Translations under genes and position numbers: made by a program
From: Candidatus Auribacterota bacterium
GTDB lineage: Bacteria > Auribacterota > Ancaeobacteria > Ancaeobacterales > Ancaeobacteraceae
Length of the DNA: 64,000 bases
Direction of reading: 5' to 3'
Assembly (NCBI GenBank): GCA_022711655.1
Contig: JAKLEM010000005.1
Span: 4,956 to 68,955 of the forward strand
In this document: one piece after another, positions 50,450-59,803 of the stretch
Layout: the number at the start of each line of letters is the position of its first letter
Numbering within the stretch: the first letter of the stretch is position 1
The notes under the pieces: generated by a model
The model's database searches: none
What the model saw: the letters and a program-made list of their open reading frames with translations, nothing else
What the model was told of the DNA's origin: nothing

Positions 50450-53077
50450 CAATTTCTTTTTCAGCTCCATCAGCTTCGTCAACGCTTGCAGGGGCGTCAT
50501 ATTATCGACGTCGAGCTTTTCGATTTCATCCAGCAAAGGGCTCTTTTTGTCCCGAAACAAGGACATTTGCTCCGCACTCTCAACCGCGCGTTTCTGCTTC
50601 GCGAGCGCCGGCTTGCCGTTCTCGGCGATGCTCCCCTCTTCGAGGTTGTCGAGGATTTCGAAGGCGCGGGCGATGATCTCTTTCGGGAGCCCCGCAAGCT
50701 TCGCCACATGGATACCGTAGCTCTTGTCGGTGCCGCCGCGGACGATCTTTCGCAGGAAGATGACGTCCTCTTCCCATTCGCGTACGGCGATGTTGTAGTT
50801 CTTCACGCCGCCCATCGTCAGCTCGAGCTCAGTCAGCTCGTGGTAATGCGTCGCGAAGAGCGTCCGCGCACGCTTCTCCGCGTTGTTATGGAGATATTCG
50901 CACACCGCCCAGGCGATCGACAGCCCGTCGAAGGTGCTCGTCCCCCGGCCGATCTCGTCGAGGATGATCAGGCTCCGTCGTGTCGCGTTGTTGATGATAT
51001 TGGCCGTCTCGGTCATCTCGACCATGAAGGTGCTCTGGCCGCTGGCGATGTCGTCCGAGGCCCCGACGCGGGTGAATATCCGGTCAACGAGGCCGACCCG
51101 CGCGCTTTCCGCCGGCACAAAACTGCCCATCTGCGCCATCAGGACCAGGAGCGCCGCCTGCCTGATGTAGGTCGATTTTCCCGCCATGTTCGGCCCGGTG
51201 ATGATCAGAAGCTGGTTCTCGGACATGTCGAGCAGGAGGTCGTTCGGCACAAAGGCGTTCGCGCCGATCAGCGTCTCAACGACCGGATGCCTGCCCCCGC
51301 GGATATCGATGAGGTCCGAATCGTTGACGTCCGGCCGCACATAATTCTGCGATACGCTCACCAGCGCCATCGACGCAAGCGCGTCAAGTATGGCAAGGGC
51401 GCGGGCTATCTTCTGCAGGCGGGCGGTCTCGAGGAGGACCTCATCCCTGACCTGCGCGAAGAGATCCGCCTCAAGCGCGTTTGCCCGCTCCTCCGCTCCG
51501 AGGACCTTTGATTCATATACTTTGAGCTCCTCCGTAACAAAGCGCTCGCAGTTCACGAGCGTCTGCTTGCGTATATAGTCCGCGGGCACCGATTGCAATT
51601 TCGCGTTCGATAATTCTATGTAATACCCGAAGACCTTGTTGTACCTGACTTTGAGCGACTTGACGCCGGTCCGCTCGATCTCCCTGTTCTGGAGCTCGGC
51701 GATCCACCCGCGCCCAGTCGTGTAGACAGACCTGATCTCGTCGAGCTGCCGGCTGAAACCCTCCTTGACAATAGAACCTTCGCGTATCGAGACCGGCGCG
51801 TCGTCCCTGATAGCGCGTTCGATCAGCGAAACGATGTCCGCCATATCCTCGCAGTCTTCCGCCAGCGCACGTATCAGCGGCGATGCGATCTCGCCGAGCG
51901 CAGCCCTGACCGACGGCACGGCCTTGAGCGATGTCTTGAGAGCGATCAGGTCGCGCGGGTTCCCGGCTCCGCAGTTCAGACGGCCGACGATCCGCTCTAT
52001 ATCCCGGATATCGTGCAGCGACTCACGGACCCGGTGCATGACGTCCTTCGAGTCAACGAACGCCTCAACGCAGTCCAGGCGCTCGCGTATCTTCGGGATA
52101 TCGACCAGCGGGCTGGCGATCCAATCCTTGATCGTCCGTCCGCCCATCGGCGTCACCGTCCGGTCGAGGACGCCGAGCAGGGTTCCTTCACGCGCACCGT
52201 CCCGAATGGTCGAGACCAGCTCGAGGTTTCGCTGGCTGACCGCATCGAGCACCATGTAGCCCGAGATCGAATAGAGGTGCACCGGGCGCAGATGGCCGAG
52301 CGATTCATAGAGGTTGTTCTTAAGATACGCGATCAGCGCCCCCGCAGTCGTGACAGACAGCGTCTGGCCCCGCAGACCGAACCCGTCGAGCGACGCAACC
52401 TTGAACTGCCCCTTAAGCGCCGTCGCGCAGGGATCGGGATCGAACTGCCAATCGTCGATAAAGTTAACAAGCGGATTGGCCGCCGCCTTGATCCGCTGTA
52501 TTAACGCGCTGTCCGCAGGGATTTTCAGGGGAGCGACGATCTCAGCCGGCCTGACGCGAATGATCTCAGAAACAAGCTCGCGCTCGTCCGCTGCCTGCGT
52601 CGACCGGAATTCTCCCGTCGAGATGTCTATATAAGAAAGGCCGTAGCGCCCGCCCGCACTGTCTATCGCGGCAAGGTAGTTGTGCGCCTTGTCGCTCAGC
52701 AGTGCGGAGTCGAGCACCGTGCCGGGAGTGATGATCCTCGTCACGCCGCGCCGGACGATCCCTTTGGCGAGCTTCGGGTCCTCGGTCTGGTCGCACACCG
52801 CCACCTTGTTGCCGGATTTGATGAGGCGCGCGATGTACCCTTCCGCGGCGTGATACGGGACGCCGCACATCGGGACCTTGTTGCCTTTACCCGATTCGCG
52901 CGCCGTCAACGCGATATTCAGGATAGCGGACGCCTTCTTCGCGTCCTCGAAGAACATCTCGTAAAAGTCGCCGAGGCGGAACAAGAGGACCGTGTCGGGA
53001 AGCGTTTCCTTGATCGTCCGGTACTGGCGCATCATCGGCGTCAATGAGCTGTCGTTCGGCGCAGTCTGCGTTGTCAT
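50447..53077 (-). CDS. mutS: DNA mismatch repair protein MutS
   Basis: TPMMRQY, FRLGDFYEMF, TGPNMAGKST, DEIGRGTST and FATHYHEL. Confidence 0.99.
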   Translation of the reverse strand: MTTQTAPNDSSLTPMMRQYRTIKETLPDTVLLFRLGDFYEMFFEDAKKASAILNIALTARESGKGNKVPMCGVPYHAAEGYIARLIKSGNKVAVCDQTEDPKLAKGIVRRGVTRIITPGTVLDSALLSDKAHNYLAAIDSAGGRYGLSYIDISTGEFRSTQAADERELVSEIIRVRPAEIVAPLKIPADSALIQRIKAAANPLVNFIDDWQFDPDPCATALKGQFKVASLDGFGLRGQTLSVTTAGALIAYLKNNLYESLGHLRPVHLYSISGYMVLDAVSQRNLELVSTIRDGAREGTLLGVLDRTVTPMGGRTIKDWIASPLVDIPKIRERLDCVEAFVDSKDVMHRVRESLHDIRDIERIVGRLNCGAGNPRDLIALKTSLKAVPSVRAALGEIASPLIRALAEDCEDMADIVSLIERAIRDDAPVSIREGSIVKEGFSRQLDEIRSVYTTGRGWIAELQNREIERTGVKSLKVRYNKVFGYYIELSNAKLQSVPADYIRKQTLVNCERFVTEELKVYESKVLGAEERANALEADLFAQVRDEVLLETARLQKIARALAILDALASMALVSVSQNYVRPDVNDSDLIDIRGGRHPVVETLIGANAFVPNDLLLDMSENQLLIITGPNMAGKSTYIRQAALLVLMAQMGSFVPAESARVGLVDRIFTRVGASDDIASGQSTFMVEMTETANIINNATRRSLIILDEIGRGTSTFDGLSIAWAVCEYLHNNAEKRARTLFATHYHELTELELTMGGVKNYNIAVREWEEDVIFLRKIVRGGTDKSYGIHVAKLAGLPKEIIARAFEILDNLEEGSIAENGKPALAKQKRAVESAEQMSLFRDKKSPLLDEIEKLDVDNMTPLQALTKLMELKKKL

Positions 53078-53089
53078 TCGTAGCCTGTC

Positions 53090-54751
53090 TCAATAGTTGA
53101 ACGTGCTCCCGCCGATAAACTCCCGAAGTATCGACGTGTTCGGCGCCTCGCGCGCCGGTATCGGGACGAATATCGAGAGGAACTCGAGAAGCCGCTGCGC
53201 TTCGACATAAGCGCGCTGGTCCGGCTTGACCTCGAGCAGGAAACGCTCGGCGAAATCTTTCAAAACCGCCGGCTCGTAGATCAGCGACGAATTGAAGAAA
53301 GCGTCCGCCTTCTCCTGGAAAGGGAATATGTTGCGCCGCTCCCCTTCGCGCACCGAATCCCATCGGTGGATCGTGTCAGCAGCTGTATATGACCGGTAAA
53401 GCTTGTCCCTGACGATACGCCTGATCAGGCGCGAGTCTGAAGTGAATATGCGGTTGCTGTTATCGATCGACAATTGCGTCAGCGCGCTGACATAGATCCT
53501 GTATTTGCTTCTGGGCGGAATGTGCGGCGTGAGCCGGTCGTTCAGCCCATGGATCCCTTCGACTATAAGGACCTCGTCAGGCCCAATCGACATCGGCACG
53601 GTCTTATCCTTGAGCCGTTTACCGTGGCTGAAACTGAAGACCGGAACCTCGACCGACTTTCCGGAGGCAAGCGCCTTCAGCTGGCGGTTAAGCAGCGGAA
53701 CGTCGACCGCATTGATCGATTCATAATCGATGCTGCCGTCCTTTTCCCTTTTCATATCATCTCTGTCGACAAAATAGTCGTCGATCGATATCGTCTTCGG
53801 GCTGATCCCGTTGACCCGGAGCTGGATCCCCAGCCGTTTCGCGAACGTCGTCTTGCCCGACGCCGTCGGCCCGGATATGAGGACGATCTTTATCTCCTGA
53901 CGGCGCTTCGTGATGACGTCGGCGATCTGCGCGATCTTTTTTTCATGGAGCCCCTCGGCGATCTTCACCATATCGGTGATCTTGCCGGAGATGCACAGCT
54001 CGTTGAGGTCACCGACGTTCTCGACGCCGAGGATCTTGTACCACGATCGCGCTTCGGTGTAGACGTTGAACAGTTTCGGCTGTTTCTGCAAACGCGGCAC
54101 GGTGCGCGGCTCCTCTCTCGTGGGGAACCCAAGGACAAACCCGGGTTTTTTCAGGTAGAGCTTGAAGGTATCGATCGCGCCGGTGGAAAAGGCCGTCAGT
54201 CCGAAACAGATGTCGGTAAAATCGCCGCAGGTAACAAGCGAGACCTGCGACAGAGGGCAGTTCGACAACAGCTTGACCTTGTCCTCCATCGCCTCGTCGC
54301 GGAAATAGTTCACCGCCTCTTCGACGGCGACGGTCCGTTTGATGTATTGCCGGTCCTCATCGATGATCCGCCGCATCTCGTCAGATATCTTTTCAAGGAG
54401 CTTCTCATTCAGCCGTTTGCGGCCGCCGAAGTCGTAATAATAGCCGTTATAGAGCGCCTGTCCGACGGCTACCTGTGAACCGGGCGAGACCGCCCGTATC
54501 GCCTGCAGCAGTATATTCGAAACCGTGCGCCGGTAGATCGCCGCGCCTTCCTTGCTCAGGAACGTGATGATCTCGAGGTCACAGTGCGCGGTGAAACGGT
54601 AATCCAGCCCGACAAGGCGGTTATTGACGATCGCGCCGAGCGGCGGGAGCTTGTCCTTTAGCGGGATCAGCGGAAGGATGTCGAGGACGGTCTGGTCGCG
54701 AAGGACCTTCAGCGATTTATACCCCTTGATGCGTACTTCGAAAAAATCCAT
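53090..54751 (-). CDS. Nucleoside/uridine kinase-like protein with a ThrRS-like N-terminal region
   Basis: N-terminus resembles the ThrRS N1/N2 region (GQALYNGYYYDF, DFTDIC). C-terminal P-loop ISGPTASGKTT, IDDYF, VEGIH and RLIRRIVRD. Confidence 0.8.
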   Translation of the reverse strand: MDFFEVRIKGYKSLKVLRDQTVLDILPLIPLKDKLPPLGAIVNNRLVGLDYRFTAHCDLEIITFLSKEGAAIYRRTVSNILLQAIRAVSPGSQVAVGQALYNGYYYDFGGRKRLNEKLLEKISDEMRRIIDEDRQYIKRTVAVEEAVNYFRDEAMEDKVKLLSNCPLSQVSLVTCGDFTDICFGLTAFSTGAIDTFKLYLKKPGFVLGFPTREEPRTVPRLQKQPKLFNVYTEARSWYKILGVENVGDLNELCISGKITDMVKIAEGLHEKKIAQIADVITKRRQEIKIVLISGPTASGKTTFAKRLGIQLRVNGISPKTISIDDYFVDRDDMKREKDGSIDYESINAVDVPLLNRQLKALASGKSVEVPVFSFSHGKRLKDKTVPMSIGPDEVLIVEGIHGLNDRLTPHIPPRSKYRIYVSALTQLSIDNSNRIFTSDSRLIRRIVRDKLYRSYTAADTIHRWDSVREGERRNIFPFQEKADAFFNSSLIYEPAVLKDFAERFLLEVKPDQRAYVEAQRLLEFLSIFVPIPAREAPNTSILREFIGGSTFNY

Positions 54752-54775
54752 AGCCTGACAATCTCGGTCAACCGT

Positions 54776-56080
54776 TCAGCAGTACAGCGTGACAGCCGTG
54801 GCCCTTCTCACTTCTTTCACGATACTTTTGCCCGCCAGTGCCGCAGCGTCTTCGAGAACAGCGATCTTGTTTTGCCGCGTCCTGCCGGTCATGCGCGCAG
54901 GATTACGCTTGCTTGCGCCTTCGACCAATATCTCTACTTGCGACCCGACAAGCGCCTGATTCTTTTCCGCGCTGATCTTCTCCTGAAGCGCGAGCAGCGC
55001 CTGGTTTCGCTCCTCTTTCACCTTCAGAGGCACGTCATCGGTCCTGCCTGCCGCTGCCGTCCCCTCTCTCGTCGAATACTTAAAGATATATGCGCTATCA
55101 TATGCAATCAAGCGCATTACCTCAACCGTTTTCTGGAAATCATCTTCGGTCTCGGTCGGATACCCAACGATGATATCGGTGCTCAGCGCGATCCCCGGAC
55201 ACCTGTCGCGCAGCTTCGCGACAATATCCAGGTAATGCCCGGCCGTGTATTTCCTGTTCATCAGGGAGAGGATCCTGTCGGAACCGGCCTGGATCGGAAA
55301 ATGTAAATACTCGCACAGTTTTGGCAATTGGCCGAACTGCGCAATGAGCTCTGCGCTGATATCTTTCGGGTGCGACGTAACGAAGCGGATCCGCTCGATG
55401 CCGGCAATATCGTTCAAGTGTTCGAGCAACCGCGGGAACGTCGCCTTTGTGTCGCCAAGCCCCTTTCCGTACGAATTGACGTTCTGTCCAAGAAGCGTCA
55501 CCTCTTTGCACCCGCCGTCGGCAAGCCGCCGCACCTCAGAGACAATATCTTTCAACGGCCTGCTCACTTCTCTGCCGCGCACGTACGGAACGACGCAGTA
55601 TGAACAATAGTTGTCGCATCCGCGCATGATCGGCACCCACGCCTTAAGCATACCTTCACGCACCGCGACCGATTGGTCGACCGGATACTCGTCCATGACG
55701 GAGACGTCGATCAGGTACTCGCGGTTTTTGCGGGCCTGTTCGATCAGTTCAGGGATCCTTCTTATCTGCTGTGTCCCGCAGACGAAATCGAGAAAGGGCA
55801 GCGTCTTGAAGAGCGCCTCCTGATGCTTCTGCGCCATGCACCCGCAAAACCCGAGAATAAGCTCCGGCCGCTTCGCCTTGAGCTTCCCCAGTTCCCGCAT
55901 CTTCCCGATCGCCTTGTTCTCCGCCGAGAGGCGAACCGAGCATGTGTTGAGGATGATGACATCCGCAGCGTCTTCGCGATCCGTCGGCGCATACCCGGCA
56001 GCAGCGAGAAGCCCCGCCATCACCTCGGAATCAGATTCGTTCATCTGGCAGCCAAAATTTTTTATATAAACTTTTTTCAT
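54776..56080 (-). CDS. miaB: tRNA-2-methylthio-N6-dimethylallyladenosine synthase
   Basis: FGCQMNESDSE, LNTCSVR, radical SAM GCDNYCSYCVVP, LLGQNVNSY and a TRAM domain. The first 10 codons are AT-rich and supplied by the inserted element. Confidence 0.98.
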   Translation of the reverse strand: MKKVYIKNFGCQMNESDSEVMAGLLAAAGYAPTDREDAADVIILNTCSVRLSAENKAIGKMRELGKLKAKRPELILGFCGCMAQKHQEALFKTLPFLDFVCGTQQIRRIPELIEQARKNREYLIDVSVMDEYPVDQSVAVREGMLKAWVPIMRGCDNYCSYCVVPYVRGREVSRPLKDIVSEVRRLADGGCKEVTLLGQNVNSYGKGLGDTKATFPRLLEHLNDIAGIERIRFVTSHPKDISAELIAQFGQLPKLCEYLHFPIQAGSDRILSLMNRKYTAGHYLDIVAKLRDRCPGIALSTDIIVGYPTETEDDFQKTVEVMRLIAYDSAYIFKYSTREGTAAAGRTDDVPLKVKEERNQALLALQEKISAEKNQALVGSQVEILVEGASKRNPARMTGRTRQNKIAVLEDAAALAGKSIVKEVRRATAVTLYC

Positions 56081-56123
56081 ATCTCATTAATTATAAACAA
56101 GATGCAATCCTGTATAATACTGT

Positions 56124-56585
56124 CTAAAACTGCTCAAAAGATGAGAAACTGGAATCGATCCCTTTTTGTACCGCATATTTCCATTCCATGAGTTTCTCTA
56201 TGTCATTAACTGTAAAAACCGGATAATTTCTGTAATCACGCTTTGGTTTAACCCAGCCTTTTTGCATCCAGTAATATATCGTCTGTCGATGAACTCTCAA
56301 AACTACCGCTGTCTGTGTTAAGTTGTATCTTTTGCTTTTATCAGCTTTCTTGTCGCACTTGCGAAATATCTTCTTATCATTATCATCTATCTGCCGCTCT
56401 ATCTCCTCCTTCTTTTCTATTTTCTCGGCCAACTTTCTCGCCTGATAGCACTGACGGAAATAGGCAAGCATTTCGATGCCCTTCTCAAAACGCTGCTGCT
56501 CTTCACTGCCATACGGATAAACAGTAACGATATCCCAACTGTCATTGCGGACGACCAGATCTTTGTTCTTCCTCTCAAAGATCAT
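56124..56585 (-). CDS. Small protein with a C-terminal MerR/excisionase-like HTH, unit 1
   Basis: YNLTQTAVVLRVHRQTIYYWMQKGWVKPKRDYRNYPVFTVNDIEKL fits a winged HTH of the MerR/Xis type; N-terminal half unknown. Confidence 0.7.
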   Translation of the reverse strand: MIFERKNKDLVVRNDSWDIVTVYPYGSEEQQRFEKGIEMLAYFRQCYQARKLAEKIEKKEEIERQIDDNDKKIFRKCDKKADKSKRYNLTQTAVVLRVHRQTIYYWMQKGWVKPKRDYRNYPVFTVNDIEKLMEWKYAVQKGIDSSFSSFEQF

Positions 56586-57708
56586 TTCTGTCAGTTCCCG
56601 GCCAGATCAGGTCGTAGCAAACGCTGCGTCCCTTGCCTGGCAGTTGTCGCAAGACTTTTTTCTCCAGCATATCCGCGATCTCGCGGAATGCGGTCGCGCG
56701 GCTGGTACGCGTCATACTCACATATTTTCGCGTCGTCAGGCCGCCTTCGAAATTGCCGATACCGGCTTCAAGGATCCGATTTATGACCTTCTTTTGCCGC
56801 TCGTTCAGCTGTATCTGGGCATGCTGGTTCCAAAAATCGGCTCGCATTAACACGCTGACAATAATATCCCTCGAATGTTCGATGGACGCCGTAACGCACG
56901 TTATAAACCATAGAAACCATTCCGTCACGTCGAGGCGGCATCTCTGAACTTTCTCGATGATCGAATAATACTCCTCGCGCACTCGCATGATCTCCGAAGA
57001 AACGCTGTAAAACCTGACAGTCAATTTCTCGTCCTGAGCCAACGCCATGTCAGTCAGCGCCCTTGCCAATCGGCCATTCCCGTCTTCATACGGATGTATC
57101 GTCAGAAATCGCAGGTGAGCTGCCGCAGCACGCAGTATACCGTCCATGTGTCTCGAAGAGGATACATTCCACCATTCGAGGAAAAGCCGCATTTCTTCAT
57201 CAAGGCGGTCCTTCGGTAAGGCTTCGAAGTGGATCTTCTCCCTTCCTACCGGGCCGGATATGACCTGCATCGGTTCATTGCCTCGAAGAGCGCCCGTCGC
57301 GATCTTTGTTAAGCCGGAATAACCGGTTGGAAACAACGCCGCATGCCAGGCATTCAGCCGTTTCAGCGTCAGCGGCTTTTCATGAGCGCGAACGGCATCC
57401 AGCAGCACATCCACAAGCCCGTCAATGTTCCTGTCGTGCGGGCCGACACCACGAGGAAGGCCAAGATTTACCGCAACGGATGATCGGACTGTGTCGCGAT
57501 TGAGGCGCTGCCCTTCGATCTCGGCGGTACGCACCGCCTCCTCGACCAGGACGGCTCCCTGCGCCTCGGTCTCGAGTTTGATATCAAGAGAGGAAACGCG
57601 GCCCAACAGTTTACCCTGCAGGATCCGTAGCTGGCTGAGCGGTTTCAGCAAAGCCGCTTCATCATATTTGAAATCAAACCAGTTCTTCCGTTCCCAGATG
57701 TATTTCAT
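56575..57708 (-). CDS. Fic family protein (DUF4172-type N-terminus, class II), unit 1
   Basis: Canonical Fic motif HPYEDGNGRLAR, inhibitory-type motif TAEIEG and a C-terminal HTH (SRATAFREIADM). Start revised to MKYIWERK at 57708. Confidence 0.92.
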   Translation of the reverse strand: MKYIWERKNWFDFKYDEAALLKPLSQLRILQGKLLGRVSSLDIKLETEAQGAVLVEEAVRTAEIEGQRLNRDTVRSSVAVNLGLPRGVGPHDRNIDGLVDVLLDAVRAHEKPLTLKRLNAWHAALFPTGYSGLTKIATGALRGNEPMQVISGPVGREKIHFEALPKDRLDEEMRLFLEWWNVSSSRHMDGILRAAAAHLRFLTIHPYEDGNGRLARALTDMALAQDEKLTVRFYSVSSEIMRVREEYYSIIEKVQRCRLDVTEWFLWFITCVTASIEHSRDIIVSVLMRADFWNQHAQIQLNERQKKVINRILEAGIGNFEGGLTTRKYVSMTRTSRATAFREIADMLEKKVLRQLPGKGRSVCYDLIWPGTDRNDL

Positions 57709-57925
57709 CTCTCGAGTCTCCGCTGAAGCGATTAAGCATCGTAATCGCTTCACTATTTGATACGATTATAACTCTAAAGGTTCCGTGAAGCAAGCATTAT
57801 TAACAAACAAAGTAAAAGCGGCAGATAGATACGTATCTGCCGCTCTGTCCGTCACTCATATGTATTATAGACTCACAATCGCCCTAGCAATCCTCTCCAT
57901 AGTCGTGCTATACCGCATCCATCGG

Positions 57926-57958
57926 TCAGCCAAAATTTTTTATGTATACTTTCTTCAT
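57926..57958 (-). pseudogene. miaB: Spare miaB 5' replacement fragment (MKKVYIKNFG*) carried by unit 2
   Basis: ATG AAG AAA GTA TAC ATA AAA AAT TTT GGC TGA versus functional ATG AAA AAA GTT TAT ATA AAA AAT TTT GGC TGC: three synonymous and no non-synonymous changes before the junction. Confidence 0.8.
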
Positions 57959-58001
57959 ATCTCATTCAGCCTAAACAAGATGCAATCCTGTATAAAACTG
58001 T

Positions 58002-58463
58002 CTAAAACTGCTCAAAAGATGAGAAACTGGAATCGATCCCTTTTTGTAACGCATATTTCCATTCCATCAGTTTCTCTATGTCATTAACTGTGAAAACCGG
58101 ATAATTTCTGTAATCGCGCCTTGGTTTAACCCAGCCTTTTTGCATCCAGTAATATATCGTCTGTCTATGAACGCTCAAAACTACCGCTGTCTGTGTTAAG
58201 TTGTATCTTTTGCTTTTATCAGCTTTCTTGTCGCATTTGCGAAATATCTTTTTGTCATTATCATCTATCTGCCGCTCTATCTTCTCCTTCTTTTCAATTT
58301 TCTCGGCCAACTTTCTCGTCTGATAGCACTGGCGGAAATAGGCCAGCATTTCGATGCCCTTCTCAAAACGCTGCTGTTCTTCACTGCCATACGGATAAAC
58401 AGTAACGATCTCCCAACTATCATTACGGACGACCAGATCTTTGTTCTTTCTCTCAAAGATCAT
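58002..58463 (-). CDS. MerR/excisionase-like HTH protein, unit 2
   Basis: 153-aa paralogue of 56124-56585 with about six substitutions. Confidence 0.7.
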   Translation of the reverse strand: MIFERKNKDLVVRNDSWEIVTVYPYGSEEQQRFEKGIEMLAYFRQCYQTRKLAEKIEKKEKIERQIDDNDKKIFRKCDKKADKSKRYNLTQTAVVLSVHRQTIYYWMQKGWVKPRRDYRNYPVFTVNDIEKLMEWKYALQKGIDSSFSSFEQF

Positions 58464-59586
58464 TTCTGTCAGTTCCGGGCCAGATCAAGTCGTAGCAAAC
58501 GCTGCGTCCCTTGCCTGGCAGTTGTCGTAAGACTTTTTTCTCCAGCATATCCGCTATCTCGCGGAATGCGGTCGCGCGGCTCGTGCGCGTCATACTCACA
58601 TATTTTCGCGTCGTCAGGCCGCCTTCAAAATTGCCGATACCGGCTTCAAGGATCCGGTTGATAACTTTCTTTTGCCGCTCGTTCAGCTGTATCTGGGCAT
58701 GCTGGTTCCAAAAGTCGGCTCGCATCAACACGCTGACAATAATATCCCTGGAATGTTCGATGGACGCAGTGACGCACGTTATAAACCATAGAAACCATTC
58801 CGTCACGTCAAGGCGGCATCTCTGAACTTTCTCGAGGATCGCATAATACTCCTCGCGCACTCGCATGATCTCCGAAGAAACGCTGTAAAACCTGACAGTC
58901 AATCTCTCGTCCTGAGCCAAAGCCATGTCAGTCAGCGCCCTTGCCAATCGGCCATTCCCGTCTTCATACGGATGTATCGTCAGAAATCGCAGGTGAGCTG
59001 CCGCTGCACGCAGTATACCGTCCATGTGTCGCGAAGAGGATGCATTCCACCATTCGAGGAAAAGGCGCATTTCTTCATCAAGGCGGTCCTTCGGTAAGGC
59101 TTCGAAGTGGATCTTCTCCCTTCCTACCGGACCGGATATGACCTGCATCGGTTCATTGCCTCGAAGCGCGCCCGTCGCGATCTTTGTTAAGCCGGAATAA
59201 CCGGTTGGGAACAACGCTGCATGCCAGGCATTCAGCCGCTTCAGCGTCAGCGGTTTTTCATGAGCGCGAACGGCATCCAGCAGTACATCCACAAGCCCGT
59301 CAATGTTCCTGTCGTGCGGGCCGACACCACGAGGAAGGCCTAGCTTTACCGCAACGGATGATCGGACTGCATCGCGATTGAGGCGCTGCCCTTCGATCTC
59401 AGCGGTACGCACCGCCTCCTCGACCAGAACGGCTCCCTGGGCCTCGGTCTCGAGTTTGATATCAAGAGAGGAGACGCGGCCCAACAGTTTACCCTGCAGG
59501 ATCCGTAGCTGGCTGAGCGGCTTCAGCAAAGCCGCTTCATCATATTTGAAATCAAACCAGTTCTTCCGTTCCCATATGTATTTCAT
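58453..59586 (-). CDS. Fic family protein, unit 2
   Basis: Paralogue of 56575-57708 with HPYEDGNGRLAR intact and about six amino-acid differences. Start 59586. Confidence 0.92.
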   Translation of the reverse strand: MKYIWERKNWFDFKYDEAALLKPLSQLRILQGKLLGRVSSLDIKLETEAQGAVLVEEAVRTAEIEGQRLNRDAVRSSVAVKLGLPRGVGPHDRNIDGLVDVLLDAVRAHEKPLTLKRLNAWHAALFPTGYSGLTKIATGALRGNEPMQVISGPVGREKIHFEALPKDRLDEEMRLFLEWWNASSSRHMDGILRAAAAHLRFLTIHPYEDGNGRLARALTDMALAQDERLTVRFYSVSSEIMRVREEYYAILEKVQRCRLDVTEWFLWFITCVTASIEHSRDIIVSVLMRADFWNQHAQIQLNERQKKVINRILEAGIGNFEGGLTTRKYVSMTRTSRATAFREIADMLEKKVLRQLPGKGRSVCYDLIWPGTDRNDL

Positions 59587-59803
59587 TTCTCGTATCTCCG
59601 CTGAAGCGATTAAGCATATTATTCGCTTCACTATTTGATACAATTATAACTCTAAAGGTTCCGTGAGGCAAGCATTATTCATACACAAAGTAAAAGCGGC
59701 AGAGAGAAGCGTATCTGCCGCTTTGCCCGTCACTCATATGTATTATAGACTCACTAACGCCTTAACAATCCTCTCCATAGTCGTGCTATACCGCATCCAT
59801 CGG

